From assembly GCA_016206685.1 (NCBI GenBank), contig JACQRB010000060.1, positions 1-51,401 of the forward strand: DNA of 51,401 bases, read 5' to 3'. The notes under the pieces are model-generated. The model saw only the letters and a program-made list of their open reading frames with translations, made no database searches and was not told where the DNA came from. This document shows positions 39,757-50,800 of the stretch, in pieces (positions within the stretch are counted from its first letter, which is position 1; each line of letters opens with the position of its first letter). Source of the stretch: Candidatus Omnitrophota bacterium. GTDB lineage: Bacteria > Omnitrophota > Gorgyraeia > Aquiviventales > Aquiviventaceae. A program made the position numbers and the translations under genes.

Positions 39757-41364
39757 TTAGTGTTGCGCAACGTCCGCCGGCGTTGGTCTCAGTGACGCCG
39801 CGACGGCCTGCACGTCCTCGAAACTCCCATGACCGCTTTTATACTTCAACACGGCGCGGTAGAGCCGGTCATCGCTCGTGTGGGTGACTTTCGGAACCAC
39901 GGCGACCACCCCCACCCCGCGATCCGTCAAGCGCTGCGTAATCTCTGGCGCATGGAATCCGCCGGTGATCAACACGGCAAGCGGCTCCCGCGCCTGGGTC
40001 AGCTTGTCAACGGCACGAGCCGCCAGCGCCTCATCGCGCGCCTGCGCGGCTTCATAAAATTGTTGCAGGGTTGGAAGGGCGGTGCTCAATTCAGACAGTC
40101 GGGTGAAGTCCGGAGCGGGCAACCCCTGGAGGGTCAGTTGCTGCGTCAAGAAATTCGTCCAGTGCAACGCCAAACCCGCCAGGGCAAGCTCCTGAACCCG
40201 TTGATACTCCTCTGGCGAGAGTTTCAGCTCGATGAGTTTCTCGACGAGATCGAATTGCTCGCTGATGAGGCGCAACTGCCGGCTGGCTGGCGTCGAGAGC
40301 AGGCGCTGGCGCAGCCGCTCGGCGAGTTGGTCCAGCTCTCCAGCCAGGAGCGTCGGCTTGAGCTGGGCGCTCTCGTTGACGTAGCTGAGATAGCGAGCCA
40401 GGCGAGGATAGGTGTCCAGGGCGATGTGGGCGTGCTGGGCGAGGTCCTCAAGCTGCGCGTAGAACACCTCTCGCCTCACCGTCCCCTCTTGCATCGCCTT
40501 GGCGCGGGCGAGGAACTCGTTGAAGGACGCGGCATCCACCTGGCGTTTGAGCTGCCTCAAGAAGGCTTGCTGCTCGGTTTGGACGCCCTCAGGCTGGATG
40601 GACTCTTCCAGATGACGAATGGCGCGGAAGCGCGTGACGTGAGGCAGGTCGCCGGTCGCGACGCCGGTTCGCGCCGCCAGACCCGCGAGGAACTCGACAT
40701 GCTCCGCCAACCCCATCTGATGGTCCGCAAAGGCGCGGACCTTGGCGTCAAGTTCGCGCACGGCGGGATCGAAGAGCCGGGGCTCCAGCGCGTCAACCGC
40801 CTGACGCGCGGACGCGACGATGGGCGCCAGGCGCTCCCGCAACGACTCCACCTCCAGGAATGCCTGCACGTTGCGATCGTAGAGATCCTGCTGCTCGACG
40901 CCCCAGAGGATCAAGGGAGCGTCGGAGGCGATGTCGAGATATTCCTCCGCGCTGAGGATGCCGAGCTTCAGATACTTCTCCGCCACCTGCTTGCGGTTCT
41001 CCAGGGGACCGTAGCTGCGCAGGTACGAGAGGCTCACGTCGCCCTCGCCCCCTTCCACCAGAATCAGCTTCAGCCCGTGCTCCTGGATCAGCCGCTGCAG
41101 GATGCCGATCAGGTGTTGTTGGGCTTCGGGGTTGGTGTGGGCTTCTTGCACGTGGATGATGGTCGGGGCGCCTGGAGTGGCGGGGGGATGGGTCTCCACG
41201 ACGTAGCCAAGCTCAGCAGGGATCGTCAGGTTGGCAAGTGGAGCGGCAGGGGCGGTAGCGGCGTCCAGAGAGGAAACAAGGAGGATGGCCGCGACCATGG
41301 CCACCCATGCCATGCGGACGCAGTACACTATCTTCTGAGAGCCGTCTTCCCCCATGGACCTCAC
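39757..41364 (-). CDS. secreted 535-aa hypothetical protein; possible Tiki/TraB/ChaN-like fold (weak)
   Basis: Hydrophobic N-terminus MAWVAMVAAILLVSSL. Contains TIIHVQEAHTNPEAQQHL...LILVEGG early and VLITGGFHAPEITQRL near the C-terminus, reminiscent of the GE-H ... G-x-H bipartite motifs of that superfamily. The start is uncertain: GTG 41364, ATG 41355 or ATG 41313. Confidence 0.6.
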   Translation of the reverse strand: MRSMGEDGSQKIVYCVRMAWVAMVAAILLVSSLDAATAPAAPLANLTIPAELGYVVETHPPATPGAPTIIHVQEAHTNPEAQQHLIGILQRLIQEHGLKLILVEGGEGDVSLSYLRSYGPLENRKQVAEKYLKLGILSAEEYLDIASDAPLILWGVEQQDLYDRNVQAFLEVESLRERLAPIVASARQAVDALEPRLFDPAVRELDAKVRAFADHQMGLAEHVEFLAGLAARTGVATGDLPHVTRFRAIRHLEESIQPEGVQTEQQAFLRQLKRQVDAASFNEFLARAKAMQEGTVRREVFYAQLEDLAQHAHIALDTYPRLARYLSYVNESAQLKPTLLAGELDQLAERLRQRLLSTPASRQLRLISEQFDLVEKLIELKLSPEEYQRVQELALAGLALHWTNFLTQQLTLQGLPAPDFTRLSELSTALPTLQQFYEAAQARDEALAARAVDKLTQAREPLAVLITGGFHAPEITQRLTDRGVGVVAVVPKVTHTSDDRLYRAVLKYKSGHGSFEDVQAVAASLRPTPADVAQH

Positions 41365-41370
41365 GCCTCT

Positions 41371-41694
41371 TTAGCGCACCGCGCCGAGCTCTGTGCGCGC
41401 GGCCACCTGCATCGTCTGTGCCAGCAGATGCGGCGCCTTGGCTCTCGCCAGCTCCACGAACGGCTGGCGGATGTACGGCGGCAACTTGTGGTTCTCCAGG
41501 ACCGTGCGCATCACGTCTTCCGGGGTGAACCCGGGAGGGGTCGTGATGGTCATCAAATGCTCACTGGAAGCTTCCTCAAGGTCGTGCCAGCTCACGGCAC
41601 CCTGGCGCTTCTCTTGAGAAAACGCTACCTCGGCTGGACACAAAAAAAGCACCGCGGCAAGCCCCGCTCCCACAAGTCCTCCGGTTCTGCTCAT
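41371..41694 (-). CDS. small (107-aa) secreted hypothetical protein, first gene after the promoter
   Basis: The ATG at 41694 is preceded by GGGAGGAGAGGCG. Signal-like MSRTGGLVGAGLAAVLFLCPAEVAFS-Q. I recognise no family. Confidence 0.55.
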   Translation of the reverse strand: MSRTGGLVGAGLAAVLFLCPAEVAFSQEKRQGAVSWHDLEEASSEHLMTITTPPGFTPEDVMRTVLENHKLPPYIRQPFVELARAKAPHLLAQTMQVAARTELGAVR

Positions 41695-41737
41695 CGCCTC
41701 TCCTCCCATGGTGGTCTGCCTATCGAAAAGTTCACTG

Positions 41738-41766
41738 ATATTAATACATTAACAAAAGTTTGTCAA
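41738..41766 (-). promoter_or_regulatory. near-consensus sigma70 promoter driving 41694 and downstream genes (small ORF, 535-aa ORF, giant ORF)
   Basis: Minus strand reads TTGACA (41766-41761), 17 nt, TAATAT (41743-41738), inside a ~145-nt strongly A/T-rich spacer in otherwise G+C-rich DNA. Confidence 0.55.
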
Positions 41767-41855
41767 GTGTTTTTTTATATGTGCGAGATGCACATTCTCT
41801 CCACGCATATCTCAGTTATAACTATTTTATTATCAATATCTTATATACATACAAC

Positions 41856-44800
41856 TTAGAGTGACTTTACGGTGATTGCTAAGGCTCTGATGGCGTTACT
41901 GGCGCGTTGAGTGATCGTTTCCTCGCCTGGCTGGAGGTGGTGGCGCCGCTTCCATGCCCACCCTGCTAACGCAAGAACGGTGATGGCCAACCCGATGAGT
42001 CCCGCCGCCCACAGCCCCCAGGATGACGCGCTCCCCGCCCCAACCACCTGCCCAATCCCCTGCGCCAGCAGGGGCGAGACGGCAAACAGCCCCGCCACCG
42101 GCGCCAAGAAGAGTGGCAGCACCCACGAGCGCACCGGAGGAGCGGAGGGGCGCTGGTCCTGATACGCCTTCTTGACCTGCGCAACGGCTTGTTGCGTCAA
42201 CGCCACCTGATAGCCAATCTGGTTGAATTGGCTCCTGGTCAACCCGAACCGTCTGGCTCTCTTCAGATGCGCCAGGACGTTGCGAAAGGCGCCATCCACT
42301 CCGGCGAGCAGCTCCTCGGCGGTCTGGGCGTCATCAATCCGGTTGGCGGCTGGCGCCAACAGGTCCACCAGTTGACGCGGTAGCTCGCGCGCGCGCAGGC
42401 GCTCCGTCTGATCCCACTGCGCAAAAAAGTCGCGCAAGGCGGCTTGAGCCCGATAAAGGAACAGCCTCAGCTCGACGCGCAGCTTGCTCACCTGATTCCA
42501 GGAACGATTGGAAACCTCCGACCCTCCTCCGGCTCCTCCCCCTATAATGAAGGTCCCGCGCGCCTGCGGTCTCCATAAGCCCTCCTCCCAGAGCCCGTGC
42601 CGCTGCAGGAACTCCTGCGCCGGCGGATCACCGAAGGTCATGTTGGGGAGGTTCGAGCCATCCCCGCGTGCCGGGCGCCCATTCGCTTCTCCCGTCGTCT
42701 TCGTTTTGACTGTTTTGTGATGGAAATAGAACGCCGACAGGACGGCGAGGGACACGGTGGCTATTCCCATCAGCGTCCACTGCCCATACGCAAACGGTTG
42801 GTCGAAGTATGCGCTATACACGAACTTCACAGCCACTCCCAGAACCGCGACCACACCCCCCCAGAGGAATACACCTTTCGGCGAAAATCGAGGGTGTGCG
42901 TGATACGCGACCGCCGAGCGAAACGCTTGATTCACAAAGCCATAGACAAAGACGGTGAAGATTCTAAATTCGCTCTCAAATAAGTTCTGCGCAAGATCGT
43001 GAACAGCAAAATGAGTGGCAGACCGAGCTATAACACCCGTTAAAACACGGTCCCACTGTTTACCAGCCGTTGCCTGCTCACGGAGCCGCTTTGCCTCCTC
43101 AAATCTCCCTACCTGCTCGTAAGATCTCGCAGTCAGACGCCGGATACCGATTGGTTCAAACAAATCATAGAGCATGCCGGTCGCAAGCCCGATGCCCGTT
43201 GAAACTATGGCGCGCGGCAACGCTGCCAACGACCCAGTACTGGGAAGGAAGTAATCAATGAGCACAAAGACCAGGGACAAAAACACGGCTTGCAAGGGTC
43301 GGTACAACACATAGGAAAATACCATCAAGGCTTGGAACCGTTTCGGTAAATTGGCGCTCGAAAGGTACACGCCGATTAAACGCGCGCCGCCGGAAGTGAG
43401 CGCCGTGAGCGCCGCCAAGGCAAACGAAGTCCAACCGGGATGTTTCTGTAATTCAAAGTAGTTCTGCCAAAACGTCAGCTGACCCGTCACGACCCAATCA
43501 ATCAGGGAAGCGGATACGAGAAGAGCGCCCGCCACAGCAGAATAGGAAAGGACAGTCCTTACTCGACGGTTCAACTCGTTGCTTGCCGGGTCCGTCGCGT
43601 CTTTCCTCTCCTGAATCCTCTGAACACTAGAAGACATGTAAGTCTTAAACAGAGGAGACGTCACCTGAACCCGGAAGCTCGAGCGGGTGGAGCTGAAGAA
43701 GGGCTCCAGGTCCGTATCCTCGAGCAGCACGGCATCCACCGTGATCCCCTGCCCATCGGGGTGCGTCAGCGCCAAGACAAACGGAAGGGACACCGAGCCG
43801 GTCCGGAACCGTCCAATGAGGAAAGCTCCGCGATTGCGATAAAACCGCGATTGGACCATCTCAACCTGGACTTGGCGAGGATCGATGTGATGATGGCGGA
43901 AGGAGGTCTCGACCTCCCCCGCCGCTAACTGCACGTCACGATCCAGGTCCTCGTACGGCACGCGGAAGCGATAATCCGCAAGGATTCGTCTGATCAGATC
44001 CTGAGTCTGGGGACTTGAATCCGCCGGGGCTCGGCCCGCCAAAAACCGCCGCTCCTGGGGATAGGCAAAGAACTCCGGGACCTGCCCGTTTCGCAGTTGC
44101 TCCTGAATCTTGTAATAAGAGCCTGCTGAAAAGAGATCGCCATGAACGGCTTGAAACTCCTCCCAGAACTGCTCCGGGATGTGCGCGGCGAAGAACTCCT
44201 CAAGACTCGGTTCGCCCTGAGGGTCCGTGTACCCCTGGAGCACAATCTCATTCTTTCCAAGCTCTTCGTAATAGAGGTTCGAGGTATCGTCGTCCTGTAC
44301 GCTCAACTGACGCAGCATGTGTTTAAACGTGATGGCTGTCAGCTGCTGCAGATCATCATAGTCATACAACACGACCCGACCATAGGAGGTGACGCCGAAA
44401 TTCCAAAACTTGAAGTTCCACACCTCCCCTGGGAAGATGCCGGCAGCCATCAGGTCCTTGATACCATTGCCGAAATCCATAAGGACGCGACGGATGATGT
44501 CGGGGTTCTGCGCGTTCTGCTCGAGATAGAGCTGCAAGGGCGTGACCTCCCGCTGCACGTACACATGCTTGATGAGCACGAAGTCGCCTTCCACCGACAC
44601 GCTCTCCGCGGCATGGGCGAGCAGGAACTCAAGCAGCTCTTCGCTAAAATAGCGCTTCTCAAGCCGGAGATTCTCATAGGTCGAGGCATCGAGCATCCGT
44701 CCGACGCGATCGTGCTCACGCACGAAGCGGTACTTGTCCTTCACGAATTGCCTGACCGGATCTTTGATGATCTTGAACACATATCCGGAACCAGGAAGCG

Positions 44801-47800
44801 TAAACACCCCCATGACAGAGCCGTGTTCCCAACCCGCCGCAAGGCGGAAGAGTTGTCCGCTCTCCCGGAGATACTTCCTGAGCTCCTGGTAGAAGAACCG
44901 CTTGGCGAGCTCGTAATACCCGATGCCGGTATAGAGGACGGAGCCATAGAGGTGGGATTGTTTCCTCGCAGGAAGGATGGAGTCCAGGAATGTCACAAGC
45001 TCGCGCAACGCGCTCGGCTGGCGCTCATGGTCACCAGCGAAGTCAATCACGTAGACCAACCCGTTCGCTTCGGCACTCGCCACCCCAACAGCTCGACTGA
45101 CGGCGGAATTGAAAAACGACTGAGCCAGCTCAATGTCAGGCTTCAGGACGCCAAGGGACTTGGTGTACGCCTCCTTGATGGCCTTCCACGTCGCGGGGTC
45201 GTTAAACCGCTCGCCGAGCTGCTGTTTGAGCGCGGGCAACGCGTGCTGCAAGACGTAGCGGTAATACAATCCCACCCGATCCTCATCATCGGAGACCACC
45301 CCCGACCACTCGCGCCGCTCGAAGCGCTCCGAAGCCCTGGCAGCAATCCGGTCGAGTCCCCGCTGGTAACCGTCAAACGCGTTGAGGATCGCCCGGGCGC
45401 CCTGGCGCGCCGCCCACCACGACTGCCCGTGCTTGACCCACCATAGGACAAATCCGCCCAGGCGCGCCATGAGCGCCTGCACGCCCGCCCGGAAGGTTCC
45501 CGTCGGCACGGGCATCCCCAACCACATAGCTGCCAAATTCGCGAGGACGGGCGCGTGTACCGTGGCGTGTGTCGTGGCACGATCGCGTGCTTCCCATTCC
45601 CACCGCCATGCCCCATCGTGGCGCACGAGCCGATAGCCGGCCTGACGGTAGAGGTTGTTGAGCCGCTCAATGGTGTTGCGATGCAGCGGGAGCTGCGTGC
45701 TGTCAAAGAGCTGACTGCCGGTTGGCATACGGATCCGGTGAAAGCCCCGCTGTTCTGCGTAGGTCCGAAAGACCCGTTCAGTCAGGTGTTCAATAGAGCC
45801 AATCTGCTCCCGAAGCGTTGGAGGCAACCGATCAATCTGGAGCCACGCCTGTAACTGCCCGATGTGCGCCACGCGCCTATCTTCGTCGTCGAGTTCAAAG
45901 GTCACCGTGCTCAGCAGCAACGGCGCTGTGGGATCGTCTCGCGCCGGGAGATACGGCAACAGCGCGGTGAGCAGCGACTGATCCGCCAGCCACACCGAGA
46001 ATGCCTCCTGACCCTCAATGTCAGGAAGACCAGTCAGGTCATCATGGACCGGACCTTCGCTGAAGCGGAGCTGCGAGGCGTGGAGCGGATCCTGCAGCGA
46101 CCCGTCAGGTAACTCGAAGTCGTGATGCTTAATGCCCAGCATGTCCCCGTAGCTTGAGTACGTTTTGTCACGGTTGCTGAGCAAGGTGGCTGTGGAGTTC
46201 TTCACATCCCATTTGACACCGAGGCGCTCATCGGCAATGGCAGCGATCGAAAGACCATTAGCCAATGCTTGATCGATGGATGGCCAGCGGTCCGGGTTGA
46301 GCAGGTAATCGCCCATCATGGACAGCGCCTCATCCCATCGCTCGCCGAACCGGCTCCGGAGATAGTCGGCTGTCTGAGGAGGCAGCGTTGACAGGGCGTC
46401 CCCGTCAGGCTGTTTCGAGAAGCCCCTGATACGTTGCAGGGATGCAGCCAATCGCTGCGCCATGCGTTGCGGCAAGCCGACGGACCAGGCAAGCCAGACG
46501 GCGCCCGTGAGCATCACGGATGCCTGGAGGATCACACCGGCGGGGCTGTCCGCCAAGCCGGGATGGAACCACTCCATCAGGGGGCGCAGCGCAAACACCG
46601 CCACACCAAGCAGGACGGGACCCTGACGGCGTTTCCACAGCGGGCTCCTGGCTCCTTTGACCACCTGGACGATGGAAATCTCCTGCGCCAAGAGCCGTTG
46701 CGCATCCCCTCCGCGCTTCTCAAAGGCGGCTCGAAGAGCCGCGTTGATGGCTTCGGTGAGCTCCGGATGCCTCAGCAGCGTGTCATGGCTTGGCACCCAT
46801 CCCAGCAGACGGCTGGTATCGTAGAGCGAAAGGACCAGCGTTCCATCGGGAAGCCGGGTGAAATACGCCAGGTCCTCCTTCGTGCCCAGGGCTTGGAGGA
46901 TCCGCGCCGCCAGCGATTCCGCCTGGTGAGCGCTCTTCTGGGCTTTGACGAGGCGGATGCCGGTGATGCCCTGCCTGGCAATCGGATGCGCGGCTTTCCC
47001 GCGTCCCCGCAAGGCGGCTCGAAGAGCTGCGTTGATGGCTTCGGTGAGCTTCGGATGCTTCGAGAGCGTGCTCACGCTCGGCGATCCTTCCAGCAGACGG
47101 ATGGTGTCTTTAATCGTGAGGGTCACCACCCCGTCTGGGGATCGAGTCACGGTGTCGAGCGCGCCGGCAACCTGCAGGGCATCGAGCAGCCGCAGCGCCA
47201 ATGCCTTGGCATACGCGGACAATTGCTTCGGGTCTTTCGGGGTCTGTTGGGGAGGATAGGGTTTCTTGATGGGCGCCGTTCTGAACGAAGCCAGCTGCCC
47301 GGGTGAAAGCTGCGCGGCGAGGGTCAGGTAGTCCGTTCGGACGGTGAGCACGCGGTCAGACGGTTCCTGTTCCTCGTCCCCTCCTTCTCCCTTTTCTTCA
47401 AGCTCAAGACGGGGATTACCATAGAAACGCACCCTCACCAATTTCACCCAGGTGCCCAATGGAGGATTTTCGAGACGCGTCGCCTCCACTGCCTCAATGA
47501 CGCCAAGCCCGAATCCGTCGTGCACCACCTCCACCCCAAGCTGCCAGGGATCTTCCGGCACCGCGTTGACAGGCGCAGGAACTGGCGCGGGGCGTGGGGC
47601 AACCACCTGCTGAACCTTCTTAGGCGCTTCCTCAACGATTGGAGGCGGCTTCTGGATCTTGTCCTTCGCCTTTGATAGCGGTGGTGTGGTCGGAGCCGGT
47701 TGGATGAGCCGATCGTAGGCGTCACGGATGGCGGTCTCGGCTGCTTGGGGCGAGCCGAATGGAGCGAGCACAGAATCGGAAGGGTCGGCCGTTTGCGCTC

Positions 47801-50800
47801 CCGTGGCATCGGAGGAGAAGGACACGCGAGGATCAGTCGTCACGAACCGCGCATCATTGCGATTGCGCTCCAAGTCCACGCCGCGCAGGACGTCCGGTCT
47901 GCTGGAAGCCGCCGGCGGTTCGGGCGTCCTCTCAATGATCTTGCGTGCCACATCGCGCAACCGCTGCCAGAGGTCCCTGTACCAGGCAAGCCCGAGGATG
48001 CCGGCAAGCAGGACTCCCCCAGATGCGGTATCAGATACGGTAGCTGATACCAAGCCCGCCGCGCCCAACCCCAACGCCGAGAGCCCGAGGAGGATGGGCA
48101 GGAAGAGCTCAGTTCGAAGCGCTCCCTCCTCGCGGGAGAACGTCCCTCCACGATGCAGAGGGACGCGGTTCCGAGTGAGGGCGTTGACCGCGCGAGTGAG
48201 ATAGGCCAACTGCTGGCTTGCAGGACCGATCACCCGGTAGCCGATCTCCTCAGCCTCCTCCACGGGCAAGCGTTCCTCCTGTCTCAGCGCGGCGAAGTAC
48301 GCCGTGACATCCTCCCAGAGCTCGGCGACCTCCTTCAGGCGCTCCGGGATGTCCTCCGCGGCGACCGAGCTCATGGGAGGGAGGGCGGACTCGAGCGCCT
48401 CCAGCCGCCTGAGGAGCGTGTAATAGCGCTTGCCGAGGCGGTCAGAACCCGCCAGGGACGTGAGGAGCGGCTCCACCTCCCTCACCAGGAATTGGCGGAG
48501 CGGCTCGCCTATCGCCGCAAGCTGGTCGCTCTTCTTGCGGCGATAGGTCTCGAGGGACTTGAGCATCCCGACGACGAGCGGCAAGAGCTCCACCGGCGGC
48601 AGCGAGGAGAGAGAATCAAACGGGACGGGTCTGCGCTGTGGGTCGCGCTCCTTCCGGCTGGGGTGCGGCTTAATCGGCATCCTTGCCGCTAGCTCCCGCA
48701 GCTTTTGCTGGAGCTCCTTCAGCGCGGGCGGTGGCGAATCGGTTTGCCGAGCCAGCGCGCGAAGCTCCCCAATCCAGGCGCGGATGGCACGGACGGCTGT
48801 CGGCGCGTTCGCCAACCCCTCAAACTCCTTCAGCACGACCGATTCGAGATCGTCCGCAAGCCGGGCGTACAGGGTGCGTGAATGAATCCTCCCTTGCGCG
48901 AAATCACGGAAGTGGATGAGCAAATCGTCCACAGCCACCTTGAGAAGGAACCCGCGCATGTAGGCGCGCGCCGCGTTGCGCCGGTTGACCGGCTTCTCCT
49001 TGAGCGAGTCTTCAGCATCCATGAACCAGGATTCGTGTTCTTGGACGCGAGTAGCCGCAGCCGCCAGCGCCGGCGGTGCCTGAGGCGCAGGCATTGCTAT
49101 CTCAACCTCGGTCGCCCCAACCAACCGCGCCATCGCCACGAAGAACGCCAGCGGCGTCATCCACGCCAACAACCGGAAGCGCCCGCGCGGCTTGAGGGGT
49201 AGGTTCTGTGTTCCGGGCTGAGCAGGGCGGTCTTCCAGCAACTTGGCGTCCTGCCCCGCGCGCCCTGACGGCGGCTCGCTTGCGTCGAGAACCTGGGAGG
49301 CTCGTTGTCTCGGGGCGCGCAGGAGTCTCCATGACCTCCAGAAGATCGCCCCACCAGCCACCATCAAGCCAAGACCAAGGAGGATGTGAAAACGGTCCAA
49401 GATGTCGAATTGCAGGAGCCGACCAATGCCGGTGAGAGCCACAAACGCGCCCAAGCCGAACAACCCAGCTCCGAAAGGCCCGATGTCTGACCGCGAGACG
49501 ATCTGATCAACGCGAAGTATGATCTTGAACTGCGCACGGCGCTTAGCCCACTGCGCCAGATAGCGAAGGGAAACTTTCGAACGCCTGTCTCTGGCGTGTT
49601 TGATCAGCTCGTCTTCACGCTGGTCGAGGCGTTGCTTGATTGCAGTGAGCAGCCGGCTGCGTTCAACCCCCAGGATCCAGTCTCCCAGCCAGCCGAACAA
49701 CCCCAAGGCGAGGAAGGCGCCACCCGCCAGTAACAGCCAATACATCGCAGGGTTGCTGATCCTGAGGTCAGTCGGCGAGCCGAGGTTAGCCTGGGCCGCG
49801 GCAGCCAGGGAGCCGAGATCGAGCCCAAACGCGCTGGCAAGCCCCAACCCCGCCCACTCCGCCGCCACCAGCAGGAGGGTCAGCTTGACAGCGTTCAGCG
49901 TCGTGGGATATACTGACTGGTGCCATGAAACCCATCGAGGCCATCGACTCCCTCGAGGACGGGCAAAATGAAGAACTCGCGTGAGAAGCTCATTCAAGTC
50001 GATCCAGATATCTGTCACGGAAAACCGTGCTTTGCCGAAACGCGGATTCTCGTCTCCGATATTCTGGAGCTCCTTGGAGCCGGGATTGCTCCCACCGAGA
50101 TCACGTCGAAGTACTTCCCCCGACTTCGTCAAGCGCATGTCCGTGCGGCGCTGCAGTACGCGGCTGAGCAGTTGAACAACCGCGAATTTGTGGCGTTCAG
50201 CAACTCCTAGCCCGTCGTGCGGCTGCTGCTCGACGAAAACATCCCGAAGCCGACTGAAGACGCGCTGCGCGTGCTGGGGCATAGCGTCCTCCGCGCCCCC
50301 GTTCGAACGAAGGATGAGACGATCGCTCGAGCGGCGGAAGCCAAGCGGGTGATCCTCCTCACGCGTGACGACGATTTCTTGAATTTTCTGCCCCCGACGC
50401 ACTCGGGCATCGTCGTGATCCGCATCCACCCGCCTGTTGCCGAAGCCATCACGCGAGCCGTCAGGATGCTCCTGGAAGCCCACCCTGAGCGCTGGCTGCG
50501 AGGGAAAGCCCTGCTTTTGCGCCGCGACGGCTACGAGCTCGTCCGGTAATTTCGTGGCTAATCCCGCCTGCATCCCTGCCGTCGCCTTCGGCGGTGTCGG
50601 AACCGTCGTGGCCCACCCCTGCCCGGCCAAAGCCAGGAAGACCGCCACCGCCGCAAGTGTCAGGCCAAGCACGAGCGGCAGCCAGGCATGGAGGGCGGTG
50701 CCGTGCTGATGAACGGGATGAAAGACGATGACGCCTGATGCCTTTGCAATCGCTTCAATCTCCGCCACCCCAACGTCATACATCCTGGTGTCGGGCGTGA

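Noticed and set aside
41779-41795. Hairpin ATGTGC-GAGAT-GCACAT next to a T7 run as the terminator of the upstream giant gene.
   Set aside because: On the transcribed minus strand the hairpin is followed by an A-run, not a U-run. On the plus strand the T-run precedes the hairpin. The orientation is wrong for either strand.
49925-49984. 19-aa plus-strand mini-ORF (MKPIEAIDSLEDGQNEELA) between the TA promoter and the DUF433 start, considered as a leader peptide.
   Set aside because: It is too short and has no recognisable features or RBS. It is most simply 5'-UTR sequence, and I cannot support it from sequence alone.
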